Shown piece after piece: positions 37,456 through 46,861 of a stretch of DNA of 64,000 bases. The stretch is from the sequence record MK327937.1. The stretch is one strand, 5' to 3'. The notes under the pieces are model-generated. The model had not been told where the DNA came from. It did no database searches and saw only the letters and a list, made by a program, of their open reading frames with translations. Position 1 is the stretch's first letter. Each line of letters opens with the position of its first letter. The translations under genes were made by a program, and so were the position numbers. Origin of the DNA: Escherichia phage vB_EcoM_G10400.

Positions 37456-37542
37456 CGGAGGCGATAGGATTTGAACCTATGAGTCGCCGGAGCGACTGCC
37501 GGTTTTCAAGACCGGTGCATTAAACCACTCTGCCACGCCTCC
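37456..37542 (-). tRNA. tRNA-Ser (anticodon UGA)
   Basis: Hand-folded: acceptor GGAGGCG/CGCCTCC, anticodon arm CCGGT-CTTGAAA-ACCGG, long variable arm, T-loop TTCAAAT. Confidence 0.85.
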
Positions 37543-37544
37543 AG

Positions 37545-37618
37545 TCTCCGCGGCAGGATTTGAACCTACGACATTCTGCTCCCAAAGCAGATGCTCTACC
37601 AAACTGAGCTACACGGAG
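37545..37618 (-). tRNA. tRNA-Pro (anticodon UGG)
   Basis: Hand-folded: acceptor CTCCGTG/CGCGGAG, anticodon arm TCTGC-TTTGGGA-GCAGA, T-arm GTAGGTTCAAATCCTGC. Confidence 0.85.
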
Positions 37619-37630
37619 TAAATTAAATTT

Positions 37631-37702
<72 letters not shown>

Positions 37703-37708
37703 AAACTT

Positions 37709-37795
37709 TGGTACGAGAAGTGGGACTCGAACCCACAAGGAAATCATTCCGCAGCATTTTAAGTGCTGTGCCTTTACCAATTTGACCATTCTCGC
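37709..37795 (-). tRNA. tRNA-Leu (anticodon UAA)
   Basis: Hand-folded: acceptor GCGAGAA/TTCTCGT, anticodon arm CAGCA-CTTAAAA-TGCTG, long variable arm, T-arm GTGGGTTCGAGTCCCAC; CCA encoded. Confidence 0.85.
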
Positions 37796-37801
37796 GCTAT
37801 A

Positions 37802-38434
37802 TTATTTATTACGTGAAAAAGACTGTTCTATCAATTCTGGACACTTTCGTTCTATCCATTTTCTAGCTTTTTGTGGGCTTATACCTATTATTTTAGCAGC
37901 TTTACTAACCCATCCAAATTTAGAATAATCGATTTTAACTAATTCTTCGTAAATTTCATCAGTTAAAATCTTTTCATTAATATTTACCAGTAAATGATAT
38001 AATTTATTATCATTAGCAATTTTAATGAATCTTTTATAGTTTCCGCCTTTACTTAAACCTAATGAAGTAATTGCAGATGATATAGTAGCCGAATTTAATA
38101 GTGCGTTTAAAATTTCTTCATCACTAACATTATAACGCTTTTTATTATTTTTAATATTTTTACCAGCAAAAGTATCAGTTTGCGAATGGCAATTTGGACA
38201 TAATAATCTTAAATTTGATTTAAGATGATTTTTGTTATTTCCATCAATATGGTCTAATTGCAGAACAATATGCTTATTTTGCCATTTTGAAATTTTACAA
38301 ATTGCACACTCATATGGAAAAATATTTTCTTTTATTATTTTGTCTTTCAGCTTTCCTGTACTAAAATTTGGATGTTTTCCTTCAAAAATTTCAGCTAATT
38401 TAGTATCCATAATATGATTCCCAATTATTAACAA
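37802..38434 (-). CDS. HNH family homing endonuclease
   Basis: 210 aa; HNH core (…LQLDHIDGNNKNHLKSNLRLLCPNCHSQTD…) with flanking Cys pairs; stop codon 6 nt from the 5' end of tRNA-Leu. True start may be the internal ATG at 38410. Confidence 0.7.
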   Translation of the reverse strand: MLIIGNHIMDTKLAEIFEGKHPNFSTGKLKDKIIKENIFPYECAICKISKWQNKHIVLQLDHIDGNNKNHLKSNLRLLCPNCHSQTDTFAGKNIKNNKKRYNVSDEEILNALLNSATISSAITSLGLSKGGNYKRFIKIANDNKLYHLLVNINEKILTDEIYEELVKIDYSKFGWVSKAAKIIGISPQKARKWIERKCPELIEQSFSRNK

Positions 38435-38520
38435 AGGCTCTCAAACAAGAACCCTTGATGATAGAGGGTATTAATCAGTGCGGTATGAGTTAATAATAAC
38501 AAATAATTCTTAAAGCATAT

Positions 38521-38814
38521 TTACCATTTATGATAATACATATTTACGATGCATTCAAGGCCCAAAGGATTCCTGAAAATATCATATTCAAGAGGACCTT
38601 TTTCTGTTTCAATAAAGAAATCAAAATTTACTGTATTAAATTTACGGTCTTCCTTCACTAATTTAACTTGGGAAGATGAACGGTCAACATAAACCTTTTC
38701 AACTTCAAAACACGTTAAAACGCCATAATCATCAATCAAGGCTTTAGCCGCGTCTTGATCATATTTATATCCATTTTCAATGGACGATACTTTTGCATAA
38801 AGAATCATTATCAC
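38521..38814 (-). CDS. Hypothetical protein
   Basis: 97 aa ORF. Confidence 0.4.
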   Translation of the reverse strand: MIMILYAKVSSIENGYKYDQDAAKALIDDYGVLTCFEVEKVYVDRSSSQVKLVKEDRKFNTVNFDFFIETEKGPLEYDIFRNPLGLECIVNMYYHKW

Positions 38815-39191
38815 ACTCCGTAGTCTATCTTGACCAATCTACCTTTGTAGTAGCCAAAGTTCTTTGGAAAGGCATCATACTCAAAGAAATCACGGTCAAG
38901 CGTTCTGCATTCATCACCATCAACATCATTATAGAGCTTTTGCAAATCAGATTTAAAAAGCTCCTTATCCTCAACTGGCTCTGCTTTGTGCATCACAACC
39001 ATGAGACCAAATCTGTTTGAGTATGCTATTGGGCATAGGTATTTGTTATCATACCCCTTCCACTGACCTTCTGTAAGATTGCTGAGCATACCCTGCACGA
39101 AGTGTTTCCATGTCTTGGGGATAGGGAACTTAATAGCATACTTATGTGTTAGTAGTACCCATCTGGTTCCACCCGATTTAATTAATTTCAT
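38811..39191 (-). CDS. Hypothetical protein
   Basis: 126 aa ORF. Confidence 0.45.
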   Translation of the reverse strand: MKLIKSGGTRWVLLTHKYAIKFPIPKTWKHFVQGMLSNLTEGQWKGYDNKYLCPIAYSNRFGLMVVMHKAEPVEDKELFKSDLQKLYNDVDGDECRTLDRDFFEYDAFPKNFGYYKGRLVKIDYGV

Positions 39192-39265
39192 AGTCTCAGC
39201 TACCTCAATATTAATTTAAGCAATATCATTCCTGTAAGGTAGTACTTTAGCATAAAGAATCATTG

Positions 39266-39676
39266 TCAGCCTCTATCAACGATAGCATGAGTATGGGCAT
39301 TTACGATTTGCCACCAGTCGAAACGATTGAAACCATAATCTGGTTTATTTTCATTTTCTTTAATGATATCACGCAGCTTATCTTCTGTTTCAGCATACGC
39401 AATTAAATCATCATATCCACCACAAGGGTAATAATTATCACCTGCGAATAAAAGAAAATTTACCTTAGATGGATTTACATAATAATGGTCTTTAGGATAT
39501 TTAGTTCCTCTCCAATCAGTTACTTCAACATAACGGTAAGAAAATCCATTTTTACTTTCAATCCAACTCCACGCTTCAAAAGGAGTATTAAAAACTTTAT
39601 CAGGTATTAAATTACCTTCAAAATGAGAAGGATTTGCATAATCCCCAGCATAAACATAATATTCGTTAATACTCAT
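39266..39676 (-). CDS. Hypothetical protein
   Basis: 136 aa ORF, aromatic-rich. Confidence 0.45.
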   Translation of the reverse strand: MSINEYYVYAGDYANPSHFEGNLIPDKVFNTPFEAWSWIESKNGFSYRYVEVTDWRGTKYPKDHYYVNPSKVNFLLFAGDNYYPCGGYDDLIAYAETEDKLRDIIKENENKPDYGFNRFDWWQIVNAHTHAIVDRG

Positions 39677-39862
39677 TTATTCACCTTTAGAAATTTTATC
39701 CATAACGATAGCAATTAAACCAATTAAAAATGCTACTACAAGTGAAAACGCATTTTCTGCTGTAGTTAATAATCCGCATATAAATCCAACAAACATTGAA
39801 AAACTAAAAGCAGAAGCAGAAATTGCAATAGCAACATTTCGAATTAATTCACAGCGTTTCAT
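39677..39862 (-). CDS. Small membrane protein
   Basis: 61 aa with two hydrophobic helices; downstream of the early promoter at 39885-39935. Confidence 0.4.
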   Translation of the reverse strand: MKRCELIRNVAIAISASAFSFSMFVGFICGLLTTAENAFSLVVAFLIGLIAIVMDKISKGE

Positions 39863-39884
39863 TTTATTCTCCTCAGTAGTTGAT

Positions 39885-39935
39885 AGGGTAATAGTATCAC
39901 AACTAAAACCCTATGTAAACAACTTTGTGAAAAAT
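39885..39935 (-). promoter_or_regulatory. T4-type early promoter
   Basis: -35 GTTTAC (plus 39915-39920), -10 block atagtatcac; inverted repeat taggg…cccta spans the -10. Confidence 0.55.
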
Positions 39936-39938
39936 TTA

Positions 39939-40223
39939 TTACAAAAGATTTTTAGCAATAATTTTAAGCTGAGCTACTGAAATATGCTTGGCTTTAAACA
40001 AAGCAGTTTCTTCAGCAGGGGAGATAATGATTGTAGCACCATCTTTCTTAGCGGACCATCCATCACCCAGGTAAACAGTACCTTTAACTTCTTCGCCATC
40101 AACCAGGCTAATCATCGGTTTACCTTCACGTCCTTTGTTTGCTTTAATAACTTCAGAAGTAAGGGTCGCTTCAGTCAAAGTAGAAGCGTTAGTCGTTGAA
40201 GTGAATTCTTGATAAGTTTTCAT
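39939..40223 (-). CDS. Internal head protein at the ipI locus (divergent from T4 IPI)
   Basis: 94 aa; N-terminus MKTYQEF is the capsid-targeting sequence; sits immediately before 57B, where T4 has ipI; the body does not match T4 IPI as I recall it. Confidence 0.6.
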   Translation of the reverse strand: MKTYQEFTSTTNASTLTEATLTSEVIKANKGREGKPMISLVDGEEVKGTVYLGDGWSAKKDGATIIISPAEETALFKAKHISVAQLKIIAKNLL

Positions 40224-40244
40224 TTTATTTTCCTAATTAATTTT

Positions 40245-40295
40245 GATGAGGTAATAGTATCACTACCTCATCAGCATGTAAACAACTTTGTGAAA
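40245..40295 (-). promoter_or_regulatory. T4-type early promoter (ipI locus) with a palindrome around the -10
   Basis: -35 GTTTAC (plus 40278-40283), -10 block taatagtatcac; 9 bp inverted repeat gatgaggta/tacctcatc (40245-40271). Confidence 0.55.
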
Positions 40296-40992
<697 letters not shown>

Positions 40993-40993
<1 letters not shown>

Positions 40994-41718
40994 TATAGTA
41001 CCTTTAGTGTATTTTTAATTTTAGAAAAAAGTTCTTCAAGAGAACCATCGTTTGTAATTACTAAATCGCCATCACGAATTGGCAATCCAGCTTCTGTAAT
41101 ATGTGTATCATTGGATTTTTGACCAGGACGAACTACATGAATTACTGTAGCACCCATCGCCCTAGCCGCATCCATTTCATGATCTTGACGAGTATCAGGA
41201 ACGATATAATAATCATAACCTGAGTTAAATTTATCAAGATAATCTAAAGCAAATAATTTTACCCAGTACATGCGATCGAAGTTATTAACAATCAAATCCG
41301 TACCTAGGGCTTGCATCAGACGACGGACTGACCATTGATCTTCAATATTATTTATAACGTCAATAATCTTGTTAAATGCTACGGAATTAACTGATTCTTG
41401 TCCTTCGTCATCAAAAACAAACACACCTTTAATTGGGCTTTTACCATTAAGATAGCAAAATGCTTGTTCCATAATCGTGATTACTTCTGATTTAGTCAGA
41501 TTTAAATTAGTCTCACGATCATAGTCAATTCCTTCAAACTCTTTACGAGTTAAGCAAGGATAGTCAGTGTTTGCTGCAAATACTCCCCATGCATAAGCCA
41601 ATGCATCCTTAATAGGACCAGCAAGTTGGTATTTAACTGCAGAATAATTGCTCATGATAAAATCAGCAGTAGTATCTTTTCCACTACGCTTTACACCGCT
41701 TAAAAAGATTAGTTTCAT
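40993..41718 (-). CDS. 1: Deoxynucleoside monophosphate kinase
   Basis: 241 aa from the ATG at 41716-41718 (MKLIFLSGVKRSGKDT, P-loop) with GAGGAG site; the track ORF extends 13 codons further upstream. Confidence 0.9.
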
Positions 41719-41767
41719 GTGTTTCTCCTCAAATTTAATTAAGATTATAACACACAAAACTGAAGCA

Positions 41768-42298
41768 TTAAACTTCTGCTATAATTTTTCCATCTTTTTC
41801 TACTTGAAAATAGGTGTAAGGAATCGTTGCAGTACATACTAAAGCCGGGTCTGAATCTTCCGTATAGCTAAATTCTACTTCAGATAGGTCAGAAACCCAA
41901 GGCTTATAAAAATTTATTGACATCACGATTTCAGTTTTGCTATTATCTAAGATGTAAAGCGTAATGTACTCAGGACCTGTTTTTTGGGCAGTATTTTCAC
42001 CTGTAAGATAGTTGCTAGTTCCTAGCATCCATTCATACATTCCTATCCATGACTTAAGTTCTTCATCAACTATAAATCTCACAATGAGTGGATCATACTC
42101 AAATGTAACACCTGGACGTTGTGCTCGGCCCAGTCCAAACGGCCCAGTCACGGTATCAGTAACAGGTATTCTAATTCCTGGAATAGGAACTGACTGAGCA
42201 TTTAAAGTAAAAGCAGATGTAGTATTACTATGTGGTATTGATACTACAAAGTTAGTTGTATTTGCTTGGTTAAAAATTTGTTGCAGAGCTTGCGACAT
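41768..42298 (-). CDS. 3: Tail completion/sheath-stabiliser protein gp3
   Basis: 176 aa from the ATG at 42296-42298 (MSQALQQIFNQ…), matching T4 gp3; the track ORF is extended upstream. Confidence 0.85.
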   Translation of the reverse strand: MSQALQQIFNQANTTNFVVSIPHSNTTSAFTLNAQSVPIPGIRIPVTDTVTGPFGLGRAQRPGVTFEYDPLIVRFIVDEELKSWIGMYEWMLGTSNYLTGENTAQKTGPEYITLYILDNSKTEIVMSINFYKPWVSDLSEVEFSYTEDSDPALVCTATIPYTYFQVEKDGKIIAEV

Positions 42299-42404
42299 AT
42301 ATTCCTCATAATGCTTTATAACTGTTAGTGGTATAATGGGTCTAAGTCCCTTCCATTCAATTCCATTTAGAACAAACAACAGAAAAGAATGGAAGATAAT
42401 AGAA

Positions 42405-43229
42405 TTAGATATTTGACCAGACTTTGTTTGCAGAGAAACGTTTTCCTTTTGAAACGAACTGCTGAAGTGGCATCAACACAACGTTCGCCCAGTCTTTCGG
42501 GGCGATTTCAACAAGGCTACCCATAATATTACCAGGTATATATGCCTTAATCATTTGGTCTGCGCCCCTAAATCCTTTCACTTGACTCCAATCAATTTTT
42601 AATTTCGTTTTATTAGTAATAGTAGGTGTATTTGAATATTGCTTTAAAAGCTCTTCTAGAAATTGCTGACGAGCTTTAGGTGGAATATAGTGCAAGTTTA
42701 ATCCGTACATTAAATTGTGCTTACCTAAACCAAGGTAAATTATCAAAGGAAATTTATCCCAGTAAGGAAGAGTTTCCTTGTGTTTAGCATCATAAGCAAA
42801 AGCATATATTCGTCCCGGCTGCGGGCGAACAACTTTATGTCCTTTTACTTGCTTAATAGTTTCAGCAAACCATTTTCTGGTTTTATTATTAATTGCTGCG
42901 CCTTCATTACGAATTTTATCACGCAATGTTTGTCTGAATGAATTTATCATAAGCAGTTGTCTTTCTTGCTTATTGAGTTTATTCATTGGTTTTGATTCAA
43001 GCTTTTGAATCTTTTCAGCCGTTTTAATTCCTGAAGCATATTTTGACATTGCTGAAGTAAACGTAGAGTATTTGATTCCTCTTTCTTCAGCAAATTGCTT
43101 TCCTGTCATTCCTTTTGCTTTGGCCTTTTTATATTCAAGACCTATCTGAATCCATTTCTTTTCGTTTAATGATTGCTTAACCTTTGGAACTTGGGGAGTG
43201 CTTTCATTAATTATTTGAAAAATAGCCAT
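42405..43229 (-). CDS. 2: DNA end-protector protein gp2
   Basis: 274 aa; length and position as T4 gp2. Confidence 0.85.
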   Translation of the reverse strand: MAIFQIINESTPQVPKVKQSLNEKKWIQIGLEYKKAKAKGMTGKQFAEERGIKYSTFTSAMSKYASGIKTAEKIQKLESKPMNKLNKQERQLLMINSFRQTLRDKIRNEGAAINNKTRKWFAETIKQVKGHKVVRPQPGRIYAFAYDAKHKETLPYWDKFPLIIYLGLGKHNLMYGLNLHYIPPKARQQFLEELLKQYSNTPTITNKTKLKIDWSQVKGFRGADQMIKAYIPGNIMGSLVEIAPKDWANVVLMPLQQFVSKGKRFSANKVWSNI

Positions 43230-43681
43230 TATGCCCCCTTAAAGCCAAGAGCTCGTAATCCATCTTCTGTTAGAATTCTAAATTTTATTCCACGCTTTTC
43301 AGCTAAAGATTGTGCTGCTTTCCATTTGTCAGTGTTCACAGACCAGGTATAAATTTCATTCATAAATCTTTTCTTCGCTGCGGTTGTTAGATGTGCTGGT
43401 TTAACTGGTGGTTGTGTTTCTTTTTTAGGTTTTATTTCAATAAAAAATTCTTGTCCAGAAGAATCTTTCATCCAAATATCCATGAAGTATCTACGTTTTT
43501 TCCCTTCGGCATTACAAAAATAAGGAATTACTGCTGTTTCACTACCCCATGCAATAATTTCTGGATTTTTATCTAACCATTCAAAAAAGAATTTTTCCCA
43601 ATTTGATCTATACGTAATTTTTTTAGGGTCACCTCTATATTTTGATATATTTTTAGGAACCCATTTTCCAGAATATGCCAT
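43229..43681 (-). CDS. 4: Head completion protein gp4
   Basis: 150 aa; overlaps gene 2 start; divergent from gene 53 across a late-promoter region. Confidence 0.85.
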   Translation of the reverse strand: MAYSGKWVPKNISKYRGDPKKITYRSNWEKFFFEWLDKNPEIIAWGSETAVIPYFCNAEGKKRRYFMDIWMKDSSGQEFFIEIKPKKETQPPVKPAHLTTAAKKRFMNEIYTWSVNTDKWKAAQSLAEKRGIKFRILTEDGLRALGFKGA

Positions 43682-43692
43682 TGGATTCTCCT

Positions 43693-43700
43693 TATAAATA
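43693..43700 (+). promoter_or_regulatory. Late promoter for gene 53
   Basis: TATAAATA about 30 nt upstream of the gene 53 start. Confidence 0.65.
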
Positions 43701-43707
43701 GATAATA

Positions 43708-43715
43708 TATTTATA
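43708..43715 (-). promoter_or_regulatory. Late promoter for gene 4 (divergent from gene 53)
   Basis: TATAAATA on the minus strand about 27 nt upstream of the gene 4 ATG. Confidence 0.55.
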
Positions 43716-43728
43716 AACAGGAGGGCCC

Positions 43729-44319
43729 ATGCTCTTTACATTTTTTGATCCGATTGAATATGCGGCCAAAACGGTGAATAAAAACGCGCCGACTATTCCT
43801 ATGACAGATATTTTTAGAAACTATAAAGACTATTTTAAACGCGCTCTTGCGGGATACCGCTTACGTACTTATTATATTAAAGGTTCACCACGCCCGGAAG
43901 AATTAGCAAATACTATATATGGAAATCCACAGTTGTATTGGGTTTTATTGATGTGTAATGATAATTATGACCCGTATTATGGATGGATTACTTCGCAAGA
44001 AGCTGCTTATCAGGCATCTATACAAAAATACAAAAACGTAGGTGGAGACCAAATAGTATATCATGTAAATGAGAACGGTGAAAAATTTTATAATTTAGTA
44101 TCATACGATGATAATCCATATGTTTGGTATGACAAAGGTGATAAAGCTAGAAAATATCCTCAATATGAAGGAGCACTTGCTGCTGTTAATACGTATGAAG
44201 CTGCTGTTCTTGAAAATGAAAAACTTCGTCAAATAAAAATAATAGCAAAATCAGACATCAATTCATTTATGAACGACCTTATACGTATAATGGAGAAATC
44301 TTATGGAAATGATAAGTAA
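43729..44319 (+). CDS. 53: Baseplate wedge protein gp53
   Basis: 196 aa; first late gene on the plus strand; TATAAATA promoter 30 nt upstream. Confidence 0.9.
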   Translation: MLFTFFDPIEYAAKTVNKNAPTIPMTDIFRNYKDYFKRALAGYRLRTYYIKGSPRPEELANTIYGNPQLYWVLLMCNDNYDPYYGWITSQEAAYQASIQKYKNVGGDQIVYHVNENGEKFYNLVSYDDNPYVWYDKGDKARKYPQYEGALAAVNTYEAAVLENEKLRQIKIIAKSDINSFMNDLIRIMEKSYGNDK

Positions 44320-46030
44320 TAACCTTAATTGGTTTGTTGGTGTTGTTGAAGATAGAATGGACCCATTAAAATTAGGTCGTGTTCGTGTTCGTGTGGTTGG
44401 TCTGCATCCACCACAAAGAGCACAAGGTGATGTAATGGGTATTCCAACTGAAAAATTACCATGGATGTCAGTTATTCAACCTATAACTTCTGCAGCAATG
44501 TCTGGAATTGGAGGTTCCGTTACTGGACCGGTAGAAGGAACTAGAGTTTATGGTCATTTTTTGGACAAATGGAAAACTAACGGAATTGTTCTTGGCACGT
44601 ATGGTGGAATAGTTCGCGAAAAACCGAATAGACTTGAAGGATTTTCTGACCCGACTGGGCAATATCCTAGACGTTTAGGAAATGATACTAACGTACTAAA
44701 CCAAGGCGGAGAAGTAGGATATGATTCGTCTTCTAACATTATCCAAGATAGTAACTTAGACACCGCAATAAATCCCGATGATAGACCACTATCAGAGATT
44801 CCAACTGATGATAATCCAAATATGTCAATGGCTGAAATGCTTCGCCGTGATGAAGGATTAAGACTAAAAGTTTATTGGGATACAGAAGGATATCCGACAA
44901 TTGGTATTGGTCATCTTATCATGAAGCAGCCAGTTCGTGATATGACCCAAATTAATAAAGTTTTATCAAAACAAGTTGGTCGTGAAATTACCGGAAATCC
45001 AGGTTCTATTACAATGGAAGAAGCGGTAACTTTATTTGAACGCGATTTGGCTGATATGCAACGTGACATTAAATCACATTCTAAAGTAGGACCAGTCTGG
45101 CAAGCTGTCAACCGTTCTCGTCAAATGGCATTAGAAAATATGGCATTTCAGATGGGTGTTGGCGGTGTAGCTAAATTTAACACAATGTTAACTGCTATGT
45201 TAGCAGGAGATTGGGAAAAAGCATATAAAGCCGGTCGTGATTCATTGTGGTATCAACAAACAAAAGGCCGTGCATCCCGTGTTACCATGATTATTCTTAC
45301 GGGGAATTTGGAATCATATGGTGTTGAAGTGAAAACTCCAGCTAGGTCTTTGTCGGCAATGGCTGCTACTGTGGCGAAGTCTTCTGATCCAGCTGACCCT
45401 CCTATTCCAAATGACTCAAGAATTTTATTCAAAGAACCAGTTTCTTCATATAAAGGCGAATATCCTTATGTGCATACAATGGAAACTGAAAGTGGACATA
45501 TTCAGGAATTTGATGATACCCCTGGGCAAGAACGATATAGATTAGTTCATCCAACTGGAACTTATGAAGAAGTATCACCGTCAGGGAGAAGAACAAGAAA
45601 AACAGTTGATAATTTATATGATATAACCAACGCTGATGGTAATTTTTTGGTAGCCGGTGATAAAAAGACTAACGTCGGTGGTTCAGAAATTTATTATAAC
45701 ATGGATAATCGTCTTCACCAAATAGATGGAAGCAATACAATATTTGTACGTGGCGATGAAACTAAGACGGTTGAAGGTAATGGAACTATCCTAGTTAAAG
45801 GTAATGTTACTATTGTAGTTGAAGGTAATGCTGACATTACAGTTAAAGGAGATGCTACTACTTTAGTTGAAGGAAATCAGACTAATACAGTAAATGGAAA
45901 TCTTTCTTGGAAAGTTGCTGGGACAGTTGATTGGGACGTTGGTGGTGATTGGACAGAAAAAATGGCATCTATGAGTTCTATTTCATCTGGTCAATACACA
46001 ATTGATGGATCGAGGATTGACATTGGCTAA
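44303..46030 (+). CDS. 5: Baseplate hub and tail lysozyme gp5
   Basis: 575 aa; central lysozyme domain similar to gene e (MAEMLRRDEGLRLKVYWDTEGYPTIGIGHL) and C-terminal VxGxxxxxx beta-helix repeats. Confidence 0.95.
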   Translation: MEMISNNLNWFVGVVEDRMDPLKLGRVRVRVVGLHPPQRAQGDVMGIPTEKLPWMSVIQPITSAAMSGIGGSVTGPVEGTRVYGHFLDKWKTNGIVLGTYGGIVREKPNRLEGFSDPTGQYPRRLGNDTNVLNQGGEVGYDSSSNIIQDSNLDTAINPDDRPLSEIPTDDNPNMSMAEMLRRDEGLRLKVYWDTEGYPTIGIGHLIMKQPVRDMTQINKVLSKQVGREITGNPGSITMEEAVTLFERDLADMQRDIKSHSKVGPVWQAVNRSRQMALENMAFQMGVGGVAKFNTMLTAMLAGDWEKAYKAGRDSLWYQQTKGRASRVTMIILTGNLESYGVEVKTPARSLSAMAATVAKSSDPADPPIPNDSRILFKEPVSSYKGEYPYVHTMETESGHIQEFDDTPGQERYRLVHPTGTYEEVSPSGRRTRKTVDNLYDITNADGNFLVAGDKKTNVGGSEIYYNMDNRLHQIDGSNTIFVRGDETKTVEGNGTILVKGNVTIVVEGNADITVKGDATTLVEGNQTNTVNGNLSWKVAGTVDWDVGGDWTEKMASMSSISSGQYTIDGSRIDIG

Positions 46031-46559
46031 TATACTTCCAATGAGCGCTGATTTAGGAGAATCCATGGAAGGTTCTTCTATCGACGTCACCTTTACCGCT
46101 CAATTAGAAACAGGTGAAACGTTAGTATCTATAAATATAACTAGTTACGAAGAAACTCCTGGGGTTTTAGTAGAAGAAAATCGCTTATATGGAACATATG
46201 AATCTGTGTTTGGATTTGGAAATGACGCGTTGAAATATCGTTTAGGTGATGAATTTAAAACTGTTGCTTCATGGGAAGAACTTCCTACTGATTCTGATAC
46301 TCAGTTGTATTTGTGGAAAGCTCCTCAAAATCTCCAGAAGACATTCACTTACGAAGTAACATTAATATATGACTACCAAGAACAAAGTGAATCTGGAGGT
46401 TCTGGCAGTAATTCTAGGTCATCTTCTGATACTACTGAACCAACAGATCCTCCTGCTCCAGTAAGAAAAACTCTCGTTAAAAATTATACTAAAACTATAG
46501 TTGGAAATTGGAGTCGTTGGGCTAATAAATTAAGAAGCTATGTGTATGAGAGGTCATAG
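46002..46559 (+). CDS. Hypothetical protein downstream of gene 5 (5.1-like)
   Basis: 185 aa ORF overlapping the gp5 stop. Confidence 0.55.
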
Positions 46560-46853
46560 ATGTCAGGATTAAGTTATGATAAATGTGTTACTGCTGGTCA
46601 TGAAGCATGGCCTCCAACAGTTGTGAATGCTACACAAAGTAAAGTATTCACTGGAGGAATTGCTGTTCTCGTAGCAGGTGATCCAATTACAGAACATACA
46701 GAAATTAAAAAGCCATATGAAACACATGGCGGAGTGACACAACCTAGAACTTCTAAGGTATATGTCACAGGAAAGAAAGCTGTTCAAATGGCTGATCCAA
46801 TATCATGCGGTGATACTGTGGCTCAGGCATCATCTAAAGTATTCATTAAATAG
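46560..46853 (+). CDS. 5.4: PAAR-repeat spike-tip protein (gp5.4-like)
   Basis: 97 aa; small PAAR-like protein at the position of T4 gene 5.4. Confidence 0.75.
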
Positions 46854-46861
46854 GATTTAAA

